From positions 186,001 through 250,000 of the forward strand of contig NMRA01000453.1 of the NCBI GenBank assembly GCA_002633005.1: a stretch of 64,000 nt of DNA, written 5' to 3'. Under the pieces are notes generated by a model that worked only from the letters and a program-made list of their open reading frames with translations, searched no databases and was not told the DNA's origin. The position numbers were made by a program, and so were the translations under genes. Origin of the DNA: Phoronis australis (taxonomy: Eukaryota; Animalia; Phoronida). Positions 22,701 to 34,600 of this stretch are shown here, piece after piece (the stretch's first letter is position 1; every line of letters begins with the position of its first letter).

Positions 22701-25700
22701 ACAATGTCATCTTTAGTAAACCAGCAGTGTCCAGTCAGCTCAGAGTGTCTGAGACCAGTGCCTTCTCACAGGTCCAGAGAGTGGGTAACGGTGAGAGGTC
22801 ACAAAGTGGAAGTTCACAGAGTGACGGGTCATCAGAAGATGTTCCATTGACTGAGCTGGTGAAGGAATTGAGGTTGGCCATGTCGCAAGTGTCTGAGGCA
22901 GTGAAGGATAGATTTGAGGAACACAACAGCAAATTGGAACAGTTGGCTAATCTGAAGTAAGGACACTGTTAAGTTTGAATTTACAGTGTAGGTGACATTG
23001 ACCAGCATTCCAGGTGTTACTGACCTTTGAATGTACGGTGTAGGTGACATTGACCAGCATTCCAGGTGTTACTGACCTTTGAATGTACAGTGTAGGTGAC
23101 ATTGACCAACATTCCAGGTGTTACTGACCCTCGTCTGAATACACTTTAATGAAGTGCCAAACTTTCATTTGTCCACTTTAAAAGGGTGGCAACACCTGGA
23201 ACGTATTTGCTTAATATTAATTCCGCCATGGTGAGCTGCTTATAGATACTGTCAACTCGCCCAGTTTGTATTTTTAGTAATGTCAGCTTCATTGCGTGAA
23301 TCTGTAATGTTGGTTAATTTTGTAATATACTCTGGCAAATACACGGAAGAGGAAGAGTGCTAGCTACTTGGACTGAACATATTTTTTAAATGAGAACATT
23401 TTGTGATTTTGATGAGAACTAAATTAGCAGTCAGATAATCTATGTGTACTTTTAAACTGAGTGATAACAACCTGTTTCAACATCATATCGCAACAAAGTA
23501 AATACCTTTTTCTTTGCTGTTCAGAACACAAGCTGAAGGTGAATACAAACGTAAGACCCAGGGCCTGAAGGACCAGATCCGTGACCTCGAGCGCCAATTG
23601 GAGGACAAGTCAATGAGTGAGCGGCATGCACGGCAGGAGGTGGTCAGTGTCCAAGCGAAATTGACCGAATGTCGCGAGGAGTTGGAGCACACTAACTTTG
23701 TATTAAAGGAGAATGCTAGCAACATCGGTCGTTACACAGACCAGTCGGATGAAATACGAGTAAGCCGTGGACGGAACTTCTGATTCCCTCTTAGCCTAAC
23801 TTCAACAGAATTTTGTTATTTTGGATGTAAAGCCTTAGGGCTGTTCCAGTAACATCCGTGTGGGATGGGGGGGGGGGACGACAGTAGAAATATAAATTCA
23901 TGGGTGGTGGTCTTCAGAAAAAAACTCAATTATGGGTGGTCGTTCCTGTATTAAAGAAGTCATGCATTAAAAATGGGTGGTATCTTTTGACCTGTTAATG
24001 TTGACAGGTTGGTTACTTAAGCCGTCAAAACTCAAAAAAATGCAGTTGGCATATATCCTAATTTATCCCAATACAAAAAAGCCCATATTGCCAGTGAACA
24101 GAGTGCAATATGTTCACTAAGCCATTAATCAAGTCATGGGCAACTTGATTTGAACCAACTGTTTGTCTGCAGTCCTATTGAATTGAAAAGTTATGCAACA
24201 CTAAACTGGTGTTAACACATATAAGAAAATTGATGATTTTTAAATAAAAAGTATGAGGAGTAAGATAAACAAGTTCCAATATTCACTTGACATAGAAGTA
24301 TAAAAGAGTTCGTGGAGACAGTTTGAGATTCATAGATCCTTATAATTGAAAAAATGTTCATTGAAATTATAGACACATGGTGAACAGAGACAACTGGTGG
24401 CTGCCAAAAGTATTGCTCACAGGCTACTTTAGTTTTTGACAATATTGGACAAGACAACTAGTTCTTGTCTGTCAATCATCTAAGTTCTTAACAGGTCCTC
24501 CTGGAGGCAATTTGTTTGCAAGTGTTGGATTTTATATTTTAACCTATTAAAAATAAAATATTATGGGTCATGGGTTGGAGAAATAAATGAAAAATATGGG
24601 CGGTAGGTATGAAATAAAAGTGCCTTCCCCCCTTCCATACAGATTTTGCTGGAACAGCCCTTTAATAGAAAAATAAAGAAATGTGAGTTTATTTGCGCAA
24701 ATGTAGGCTCGTCAAGTGATAGGTGAAGCTGTCTTTTTTGGGGCCATATTGCGTCACCGCGAGATCCTATAACAAACAACAAAGGGTCAATAACAGTTGT
24801 ATTGAATAGGGGTCTGAATAGAACACCATTGCGTGTGGGTGTTATTGGCGCTGTTTGAATTAAAAGGTAATTCTCACGGTTACGTAGACAAAAGCAAGCA
24901 AATATGACTAACAGTTCGTTACATTTGACAATTTATGGCACTAGTGGGCTCAGAGCAATCCTCTTAACATTCTGTAGGAACCAAATTTACAGGACTGATG
25001 TTTCCATTCAAGATAGGCTTTAATGTTACATAAAACACAATGTCATGTTGAACCTATAGGCAGATGTGCATTGATTTTATCTTTTCTGTTACTTGAATAA
25101 TGGCTTCCATTCATAGCAGTTTTTAAAAGATGACCTTTTCTGGTCAGAAATTGTCAAAAGTTTGAACCTATAAACTTTTTATCTATTTAATGTTCGTTTG
25201 GTCTCCTTGCGTATTCACCTCAACTCAAAAGGTTGAACAAATTTTGATAAAATTTTCCCACTTCCTCTTATTTCCTTGTTGCTTGTTTGTTTCAGAAGTT
25301 GTCAAAGGAAGTTGCACGTCTCACAAAATATTGCTGTGACACAGACAATGAAAATGCAATGTTGTCGCAAGAATTGAAGTCGGCTCTTCAGAGAATGGTC
25401 AAAAGTGAGAATGATCAGCAGTCTGTTGATCTATCTGGAGAGATTCTGACTGTCAAGAGAGAGGTTTGTGAGATTTACGTGTTATTCAGGTTTTGGTAGT
25501 GTTAGATTTACTTGTTATTCAGGTTTTGGTAGTGATAGATTTACTTGTTATTCAAGTTTTGGTATTGTTAGATTTCTTGCTTTAAATGATGAAATAGTCA
25601 CTCTCTAATCTTTGTAAAGTGTTCGAATTTGCAGCAATCAAAGAAGATACAACATGTTCATTAAATAAGTGCTCTTCGCCTAATGCATCACCTTTTCATC

Positions 25701-28322
25701 CAACTAACCTCTGAATTTATTTTCAGAATCAAAAGTTGAGAGAAAAATTGCTAGAGAAGAAAGACTATTTGGACAAGACTATTGCAACCGCAAACAGAAG
25801 GGTTGGTGTTTTAAAAATAATTAATGGCCTTTTCGCACCAAGTGAAACCCGGCAGTGAGGAATCTTCGATGCAAACTACAAATTTAACTTGAGCTTTCCC
25901 ATTAGCTTTGTCAGTTAACAGACGTTGGAGTTACTGTTGGGTGATGCTATTGTCATTGAAGCTTTCCCAACGTGGCATAATATGACCTTCACCATTGTCA
26001 CAGCAGTGACCCCTGCCAATAACTTTGGTGGATGGTGAGGTTGAGCATTCTCACTGTAGCGATGTATCGCTGTTTATTTGTTAAATACTCCGGTTTACTG
26101 TGAAGTAAACTTGAGCTATTAGCTTCGATACAAGATCAAATTTAAGCATTGTCACTGACTGGCACTCACCTAAATGCTGATTAGTCAACATGGGTGGGAA
26201 AGCTCTTACAATAGGGTTGATGAGTTTTACTAACTGAATCTTTTCTTCTTGGTGGTAAATTGTCACAAGATCGTGGTGATTTCAAAAGGAGGAGTAGCAA
26301 AATAATGCAGTACTGACACAATTAGAAGGTCATATGTTGAGTTATATCTAAATATTGTGTCTTATTCTGTGTCCTGTCAAGATTGATTGTGACTGATAAT
26401 TTCTCGTACTGCATTTATATTAAGTCAATTCCAGTTTGGTGATGATTATACTTTGACTTGATATTGTTTCAGATGACGGCATATGAGTCTAACTGGCGAC
26501 AGGCTGAGCAAGAGATTCGCCAGTTAGATCAGCTAGTAGAGAAAGTGAGACAGGTTAGTTAGAGCATGCGTGTCTCTGCTTTCATTTGTTCAGTGGTTAG
26601 AATAAGAATTATTTAATCTTTCTCGCTTCCTGGGTTATAGCTATATACCAAATTCGCCCACTCTAATGTCTATGTACTTGGAGCTTTTAATTTTTATGCA
26701 CCCACATAGCTGACAATATATTATGATGAGCTTCAGACCCATTCGACTACTACTGTGGCCCCGAGTATCAGTTTTAGTTTTTTACGTTCGCCTCTGTATT
26801 TTTGGAGTTTATCAATGAATTTTCATGAAATTTGGCATATAGGTTTCTCTTAAGGAGATGATGATAGTTTTGCACCACCTAGTGGCTATTTTTATTTTTT
26901 TCAAGTCCATTTTTTTGTTCCTGATAAGATGTTGATTTTTTGGACTGGTGTGAGAACTGTGACACTTTCTGGTGGCGATTTTTATCTTTTTGGCGTCCTC
27001 TGCTATATCTCCTTTCTCCTTTGAAGGGTCTTTGTGAAATTTTGCAAATGTTATACTATAAATGTAACTAAGCTACCTCCAACTTTTGAACAGTTTTGAC
27101 TACCACTGTACCCCCTAGTGGCAATTTTAGTTTTTATGTTTGCCTTTGTATCGTCAGAGTTCTTTGACAGTTTTTGTTGAAATGTGACAAGCAAGTTTCT
27201 CTTACGATGGCGACAGCATCTACCTGTTATGGAATGGATTTGACATATTCTGTGCCACCCATTGCCCATTTTTGACACTAATGAACACCCCTGTGATGGG
27301 CAAATTTCAACGCTCATTACTCTTTCCAAGGGATCTTGTTTGGTTATATGCCTACTCACAATTTATACCAAGAGGAGTTTAATGGTTAAGTCTCGTGCAA
27401 TGTTGATTAGGTCTAGTGGAAATCGCAAATTAAGTTGAATAAAAACTCAGCAGACGTTGAACCAATTAATGAACTTCACTTGGGTCATGGTGTTACCATG
27501 TGTAGTTAGGAATAGTAACTTGCTGCACTGAAGAACCAAAACAAAAGGCTCCATCCTAAAACATTTACCAAAACAATGGTTTTGTAAGATGGCACTACAC
27601 GAGGCTTTATCACTTGGATTTTTGTGAACGCTCTTCAATAGTGAATTTCAGTTTTTCACTCTGAACACTTTTCTGCAGCTAATAAACAGGACATTGTATA
27701 TCAAATTATTATAAGACTGTGTCTTATTTAACTGTTACGTGTGAAGTAACTGACACGGTAAGTAAAACTCCCTTGTGATAATGCTAAACAGTCATTCAGG
27801 TATGTGCTTGCCCTTGATGTTTCAAAAATTTCTTGTCTAACTACTCTCTCTCTCTACTTAACACCCAACCCAGATGTATGTGACATTGTTGGTCATAACC
27901 AAGACAGACACATAACAGTACTGGACCAGCTGAACTAGAATAACTTCATGGCTACATTCTGTTTGGTTCATGATGTGTAGGATATTGTTAATTTCAAGAG
28001 TCCATTCACTTCACCTGTTGCTGAACAGTACAGATCTTTCTAAACCAGAATGTGTTCTCACTTACTGGCCATATGTGAACTGATCACTCACTGAATAAGG
28101 GAAGCACTGAGACATGCAAAGTTCAACTTATTCCTGATGGATTTTTGAAGTCACCTTGGAAACTCAAACTAACAGCAAACTTTCCTTCTTTGTCTTTCAC
28201 AGACTCTGAAGAAGAATCAACGGTTGGTGAACTCTTCTGAAGAGCTAAAAGCTATCCTGCAGGAGTTGGATGGAAGTCAAGTCGTCTCACCCACTCGTTT
28301 GGGAAAGGAGTCGGATGTTTAG
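7753..28322 (+). CDS. SPAG5: SPAG5/Astrin-like spindle/kinetochore coiled-coil protein, ~1163 aa. Exons 7753-7818, 9224-9372, 9714-10101, 14405-14489, 14758-15865, 16343-16402, 18334-18529, 19968-20155, 21128-21287, 22086-22498, 23525-23759, 25296-25463, 25727-25801, 26473-26553, 28203-28322
   Basis: All 14 introns are GT-AG with consistent phases (3492 nt, open to TAG at 28320-28322). Segments match recalled human Astrin: RTPLRDV~RTPLREL, SSFVSSILGAL~TFLGSILTAV, SAFSQV~SAFTRV, TDQSDEIRKLSKEVARL~IDKSGELISLREEVTHL, ESNWRQAEQEIRQLDQLVEKVRQTL...SEELKAILQEL~EENLRRSDKELEKLDDIVQHIYKTL...CKELQGLLEFL. Small exons may have been missed. Confidence 0.82.
7998..9150 (+). mobile_element. Helentron-associated non-autonomous element (HINE/DINE-1-like), degenerate copy
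   Basis: 5' TGCGCCCACAT...ATGTGG, internal ~140-160-bp units (CATGAAATTTGG, GCC-N-CTAGTGG), 3' GGGCACGTTTCAACGCTTTACGTTACTCTTGT hairpin end. Confidence 0.7.
10229..12800 (+). mobile_element. Older HINE-like element with internal tandem array, interrupted by a younger nested copy (11351-12432)
   Basis: Starts TTTTTTATGTGCCCACAT; ~145-bp subunits in a three-unit (~435-bp) higher-order period; the unit sequence resumes after 12432. Confidence 0.7.
11351..12432 (+). mobile_element. Best-preserved HINE-like copy, nested in a T-run of the older copy
   Basis: T-run, subterminal IR ATGCGCCC.../...GGGCGCAT, (GTCC)n-like tract (TCCGTCCGTACGGGCGGCGTCCGTCCGGCGTCCG), core repeats, 3' palindrome CAACGCTCTGCGTTG followed by CTCTTGTT. 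This is the layout of Helentron-derived HINEs. Confidence 0.78.
17408..17589. mobile_element. Short (182-bp) member of the GGGCTGTTCCAG Harbinger-type MITE family
   Basis: TTA|GGGCTGTTCCAGTAAAATCCGTATGGGAGGG...CCCATACAGATTTTACTGGAACAGCCC|TTA. Confidence 0.85.
17794..18141. mobile_element. Putative Kolobok-like non-autonomous element with TTAA TSD
   Basis: TTAA|AGCTGCATTTC...AAAATGCCCCT|TTAA: imperfect short TIRs with AG..CT ends; the right end resembles 53460-53486. Confidence 0.45.
18562..18725. mobile_element. TA-TSD MITE (Tc1/mariner-type), 164 bp
   Basis: TA|CCAGGGTTTTCCGTAGATAAGCCCA...TGGGCTTATCTACGGAAATTCCCGG|TA; internal GGGCGTTTATT repeats. Confidence 0.75.
22516..23129. repeat. 52-bp minisatellite (TTTGAATKTACAGTGTAGGTGACATTGACCAGCATTCCAGGTGTTACTGACC), present twice because of the local duplication
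   Basis: Period 52 at 22516/22568/22620 and again at 22974-23129. Confidence 0.9.
22652..23108 (+). other. Duplicate of 22194-22650 after a single N; likely uncollapsed haplotype (assembly artefact)
   Basis: Offset 458 bp, starts mid-exon with no acceptor, N at 22651, only a few substitutions (TTG/CTG, GAC/GAT, both silent). Confidence 0.85.
23838..24660 (-). mobile_element. PIF/Harbinger-type MITE, copy 2 (823 bp), inverted relative to copy 1
   Basis: Reverse complement of 2484-3302 at high identity; same TIRs; TTA on the left, TTT(A) on the right. Confidence 0.88.
25471..25575. repeat. 33-bp tandem repeat, ~3 copies, just after an exon donor
   Basis: AGATTTACKTGTTATTCAGGTTTTGGTAGTGWT at 25471, 25504 and 25537. 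Confidence 0.85.
26690..27325 (+). mobile_element. Fourth, degenerate HINE-like copy
   Basis: TTTTTATGCACCCACAT start, CATGAAATTTGGC and CCTAGTGGC units, end GGGCAAATTTCAACGCTC. Confidence 0.6.
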
Positions 28323-28493
28323 GGGTATCGCATTGAGGGTTGTCTGAAGAAGGATGCCCCTTTCTTCTTTTTCTGTGCTAATCCTGCTAGCAGTTCACAA
28401 AATGCTTCCAATTTTCTGTATCTGTTGTGCTTTGCCAGTGACTTTTGATCGTACTCTTAAGTATTTTATTAGACATTAATGAAATGCCTCACA

Positions 28494-28566
28494 CATTACT
28501 GTAAGATGAACCAGTATCATAGTAGACCATTACTGTAAGATGAACCAGTATCATAGTAGACCATTC
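28494..28566. repeat. 34-bp direct duplication in the SPAG5 3' UTR
   Basis: CATTACTGTAAGATGAACCAGTATCATAGTAGAC x2. Confidence 0.85.
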
Positions 28567-29459
28567 TGCTCAAGAATGTGTGCATGTTTTATTTATTTCA
28601 TTGTGATAGTTCTATATACAGAATTACAACATTTCATGCAGTTTTGTAAGTTTAATATTGTCATCTTCTTATGTGTTTTTGATCAGGGATTGTTTCTATT
28701 TGTTGTGTATCTAGATGTCTGTATAAATGTGACCATGGGTTGTTCTGGTGTTTGTAGAGAGTGTACATTAAGGGACACTTGGTGAGTTATTGGCCAATAT
28801 CACATGCCATTGCCAAATAACGCACCCATTGTTCTTTAAAGCTGAGCTTGGCACATGGCTTGGCCAATGTTTTATGGTTAGTCCTACTTGATTTCCTGAC
28901 TGCTTTTGCACTACATGTACATACAAGGAGAGCTGGTTTTATGTTATATTCATAGCTAATGTTAGTAGTTGTTATAAGGTTAAACATTTCTGACTGACTG
29001 GTGATTGTTTCAGGAAGTTTTCAACTTTGTAGGCCTTTGTCTTTCGAAACTTACTATTTATGATCTTTTCTGATATTTAAGGTTTATAACAGGTGTACAG
29101 CTAGAGCAAAAAATGTGTAATGAGGATTATTTACATCACCTATAGGATTTTTATGTGAAACACTGATTGGGGCATTTTTGAGCAATTTAAACTTTTAAAT
29201 GTTGAAGATGGAATCCTTTTTCGAAGCACTCAAAAGTTCCATTTACTTAAAAGTCAAAAAGTTAAAACAGTCCTAACATTTTGTTTTTTTAATCCAATCG
29301 CTGTAGGACGCAATGCAAACTGTATAATAATTATGTAAACAGTTACATGTATAATAAGGGTATGCTGTTTTGTTGATGTCTACATGTGAGCTTTGATTTT
29401 AACATTGTTCCTGTAATGATGGCCTGTAAAATATATCATTTTGGTGTTAGATTACTTTA

Positions 29460-29562
29460 ATTAAAATTTCTTGTTTCTTTAATCAATTGTTATTTCCAGT
29501 AGATAAGGAACTGAACTTACATCCATATCTACCCCTAGCTATGAAAGGAAAACGTAAATAAA
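29460..29562 (+). terminator. Candidate SPAG5 polyadenylation signals
   Basis: ATTAAA 29460-29465 followed by a U-rich tract; AATAAA 29557-29562. Confidence 0.4.
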
Positions 29563-31644
29563 TTTCATACCAGTTGTATTCAGCTGGCATCCAAAGACAA
29601 TCAAAGGTTAGTGTATGTCAACTGGGGAGTGTTCACATATTATTCTGATACTGGAAGGGGAGAAAATATTTGGAAATATGACGATTGGTAACGGGGGGGG
29701 GGGGGNCATCGTGCGATTTACCTGAATATGTCCATCACAGAATATATCGCTAGGGAAGCTGGTTCATCTTCTAGGGGAATTGACCAGGGTCCGCCATTTC
29801 ACGCTTCCACGATTTTTGTTCATATTTCACTGGACTTCTATAAAGCACTTGTACACAGACAAACGACAGGACCTCCAGTGACGCGTTGTGATTTTGTAGA
29901 GAATGGAATTTTGTGAGCTTGACCATAGTGTTGCAATGAAATTCCATGACATGTATGAAATGGCACACGTTCATTCATTGCTGAATATGACACTGGCAAA
30001 TGCAACTTTGACGATTATTAGTTTGTCATTGGAATCTGTGAAGACAATACGGTTCTTCCAAAAACAGGAAGAGGGGTTGACTTTGATGCTACTGGACGGG
30101 ACTAGAGGCTGGAGGAATCGAGCGGGTGAGGGGGTTATCATGATGGTGGGCGGGGGGAGTGGGGTAAAAAGTGACAAGTTTTAGATGGCGTAACATATAT
30201 GAACGCTAATGAGGAACACAGATGAAAGATCTTTTTTTTAGAATGGTGCGACGGTCGCTACCCGCAGTTTGCAAATTTGTCGATGACAGCTTTTTGCTGT
30301 GCATCAGGGAGAGTTCCCCCCATGCCGAGTACATCTAGGTCACAGTTGTCTTAAAGGGCGGGGGGTAGGGGCAACTGCAATTCTTTAAGGTATGCAGCTT
30401 CTCTACAAACTGCCCGGCCTTTAGACAGCATTTTGATCGTGTATGAGGGAGCTCCTCACGTACGCTAACAGTTACCGGTATACTTGGATACCCAAACACC
30501 AGAGTGATCCAGCTTTGGGCAGATCTAAATCGACTTCTCAACGAGAAAATTTATTCGCTAATTTCCCTTATCTATACTTCAAAAATTCGAAGTCATCTAA
30601 TATTTACTTTTTAATTTTAAAAACAGTCATGTTAGTTGTTTGACTTACTTTTATTGTCCGTTTTTTTACTTTAAAATCCGGGGTCGCAAACGTGTCCCAG
30701 TCGTCGGTTCGTGTCCTCGAGTCACCCTCGAGTTGTAAGTTGCCATGAAGATGATGGTGATTTATGCGTTCCATGACGAGAATTCCATCAAATAATTCAG
30801 CTTTTTCATTTATTTTCATTTTTTTCAAATTCATCCAAGCCATCGATAGTACAACAAGCAAGTAACCACGTCGACGTTATGTAATCTAGATCAATAAACC
30901 CGCCTTGTAGAGATACTCACATACCGATCGAATGTTCTCAATGGAAAATCGTGCCGCACATGACCCTGCAGCCTGAGTGACCGAAGAGACTCTTCAGTTG
31001 TGGAAATTGCCATAAAAATGAATGAGCACTTTCAAAAACTAAACGGCATGGGGCTAAAAGACAAAATTAGATACATGATCCTAGTATGAAATTTTTAAGA
31101 TTAAGTTCCTTGCATTTCACATAATCATTATCTGCAGCACGTTATGATTTTATGGCCTAGCTCTTATACGTAGCCTTGGTGATTTTGACGTAGTCATCCG
31201 ACGCATTTTCCACCTCACTGGCCTTTTACGGATTGAATGTCGTGATTATCTATTTATATTATTACGAATTCATTCATTTGTTTTAATTTCCTTGCATTTT
31301 ACATATTCATTTATCCGAACGGTGAGTGCGAGCTCAGTGGTGGTCCTGACCCAGTAATGAATTGGGGGGCCCGGAACAAGCCCGATAGGCCTACTGCAGG
31401 GTTTGAATGCATGACCACAGAAACAATAGCTCACGGCAAAGAAAATCATGATCACCATTCGATTCACGGCGAAAATTTACTTACAAGTTACACACAAAAT
31501 CACGTGCGTGAACTTAGAATAGAAATTTATTCCATGAAGGTCACTCAAGATTCCAATTAAGTTCAGACGTACACCCTAAGATGTCTATGCGTTAGTTTTA
31601 TAAACTCACCAAAGAGGGCGGCCAAGCAATTACATAAACAAACG

Positions 31645-34600
31645 ATGGCGGCTGGTAGGCTTAAACGTTGTATGCCAGAAGACGGCAAATTGCTTACAAA
31701 TTTGACCAGCTTACCGCACGAAATTCTCGAGCATATTCTGTCTGATAATGTTCTAGAACACACAGACATAAAAAGCGTTGCTTGTACATGCTTGAAGCTC
31801 AGAGACGCTGCTTATAACAATGAAGTTTGGAAGACTCTCGTCAACCGCAGGTAAGTCAGTGGAGCTTAGCCTAACTTAGTGACTGTGAGTGAGTGACATG
31901 TTTATTTTTTCATCGGTAGCACTTTCAACAGTGTATTGCCCGATTTCGCTTTTGGAATTTACAGTTTTATAATGCAGTACAGTTCGTTGAAGACACGACT
32001 GTACTTCTCTATATCACAGACTCGCTGGTCTAGTAAACAATCTCGGTGTGCAGCTAAGTCAGCAAAACATTGAGAGACAACAGACAAACCAATTAAAATA
32101 TTAGCTGTACTGTCCTTTTCACATGACTTATTGCCTGATAATAAGACTTGTGGTCTCGAAATATAGGTAGTGTTTTAATTTGTTTTTCTGTTTTGTCTCT
32201 CAGTGTTTTACTACATAGCTGCACGTCTGAAAAAGGACATGGTTTAGATACTTCGAGCGATTCTGTATAAGCTGTCAAACAAAAAGTACAGTGTATTGTC
32301 TTCAACGAAGTTATTCTTGTTATTCATATAACCTAAATGTAAATCCCAGCGCCGCTTCCATGCAGACTATGGGTAAAAGTCTATATTGCGTAACTATATG
32401 ACGAATTGCTCGGGCTTATATAATTGCACAGTGCGCAATTTGGCGGGGCGAAACTTGTACCAATTCAATGGATTCCTGTTTGCAATATGTATGCACACTT
32501 TTTGCACATAATTTACTCAGTGTGCGCGCCAGAAGTGGGTCTTAATGCCAGGCACATACTAACATGTAAAAGGGCGTGCACACACTTCCATCAGGGTCAG
32601 GGCGCATGCATTAATAACTTTATGATGCAATGACAAGCATTCTCCACAGTCGTCTCATCTAACAAAATGTTGAGACCAATTTTAGTAGTGGTAGTGTCCT
32701 TCATTGAAAATTGTTTTATTTCGGTTGCAACACAGGTGATAGCTGTTTTAATACAGTTTTTGAGTTTTGTGACAGGTCGTGGTCTTTAGCTGAGTCCTTA
32801 CTAAGCATCTTACCAATACTAGTACAATACCTCATGCAAATTAGCTTGAGCTCATTGCAGTATTTCAACATCTTTGTAATTCGTTTTTTATTTCATATAA
32901 ATTCATCCCTAGCTAGTGCTTAAACTGGAGACGCTGCGTAATATCATCCCAACAAAAGTAAAAATGCATACTTTACATCTATTTCAGGTGGCCCAAGTTG
33001 ATTGCGAAATATCCTCGCGGCAAGACATATATTTGGAGACATGAGTATTTAAGCAGGGACTGTTGTGGCCGATTAATTCGAGAAAAGTTAGCTGCCATGT
33101 CAGCCTTGTACTTCCACAAGGAGGATCTCTGCATCAAGTTGGACCTCATGGAGTTTTCTGCAATGTTGATGCAACATGAACACGCTGATTTATTTGTTGT
33201 TGATGAACTTATGAATGTGTTACACTGTGAAAACAGGTGACTAATGTTTTATTTAAGTCTAACTGTGCATGATTTTGTTGTGTCTGAAATTGAAAACCTA
33301 CATCAACAGCCTTGGATCCAAAGTTTTTGTCCAGGATGTCTTACACAAAAAGGTGAACAGGGGGTTTGAGGTCTGTCCATTATACTAATGTAAATGCACA
33401 GGGCAGGGAGTTTAAGGTCTGCCCATTATAGCCATGTAAATGCAAAGTTCAGGGGGTTCTGCACTCTCTAAATCTGTGTCTCAATATGGCCGCCCCGGAT
33501 TACACGACGACAAAACTCAACTTTGTCCTGCAGATAAGAAAGTGTTCGACCTTGTTTTTGAAATCGGGCACATTTTCGCAGGTCATGTCGGAAACCGACG
33601 AGGGCCTGTGGAAATATTCCCGATTTCAGCCATTCAAACATAGCCGAATTGATCGGGTATCTTCAGGAAAGGGAATTCTGCCTTTTCCATTCAAAATCAG
33701 CCCGACGAATTTGTTTTACCTACTTGCTGCATATCTATCATTGATGTTGGGAAGGCGAAGAACTTCACATCACGCATCCACAGGCATCTGTCCACTTATC
33801 AAACTATTTCATGGTAGAGTTGCAGCCTACAGCACATCAGTAAAACTTTGTTAGCATTGGAAGGACATATTGAGTAATGGCGCGAAGAAAAATTTGCCAA
33901 GAATCACATGACAACAAAGAATGTGTGGAATTCCAATGACACGAAAACAGTTGCTTGCGGCATTGTGGGTAAATACAGCGAGATTCGAATGTGGCAGTGT
34001 AATCCAGGACCGTCATATTCGCTCAGTTTTGTTTTACTGTTGGAAGAACTGCTATTTCAACCCGATTTTGTTTGCTCCTTAACTGCCAAGATATGATATG
34101 AGCTTCTTTATTTTCAATTGTGACAGCTTTCTCCCAGTTTTACCTAAGTTCTGTGTAAAATTCCACTTAATATACACTGTAGCAATATTCGTTTTAAGTT
34201 CATTACACTCAGTAGTTCAAAACTCTGTGTTAATTTAGAGACTAGTAACCGCTAATTCAGGACCAGAAGTCGATCTTCATGTCAGTGCTGGATGTGCTCT
34301 AATTTTTCAACCTAAGAACTTTGAGTCTAAATAACAAAGGGAGATAACCCACAAATTTGAAGAGAATTGACTGGAGAAACTCTGGCATTGGAAACGGCAT
34401 AGATGAATAGTGATTACTTGGTCTCATGATTGTATATCTAATATTTAAATCACTACAGCACTGGGGTGAATGAATATAACGTGCCTGAATTTTGAGAACC
34501 AGTTTTCTCCACTAATTATTGGACATGAAACTGATTCTCAAAATACTGGCACGTTATATCAGACTATTGCTGGCTACTGAGCAGTAGCCGGTATGTTTCT

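Noticed and set aside
22625-22960. Tandem duplicated or mutually exclusive SPAG5 exon
   Set aside because: It starts mid-exon right after a single N, has no acceptor and differs only by SNP-like changes; most likely an uncollapsed haplotype.
22516-23129. CRISPR-like arrays (also 1-132 and 56545-56818)
   Set aside because: Head-to-tail repeats with no unique spacers, no cas genes, and a eukaryotic intronic context.
33440-34100. ORFs of 62-122 aa in FBXO21 intron 2 (also 19080-19460, 29728-30861, 58798-59385)
   Set aside because: No recognisable domains and no splice-phase fit. These GC-richer patches are probably old transposon remnants whose ends I could not define.
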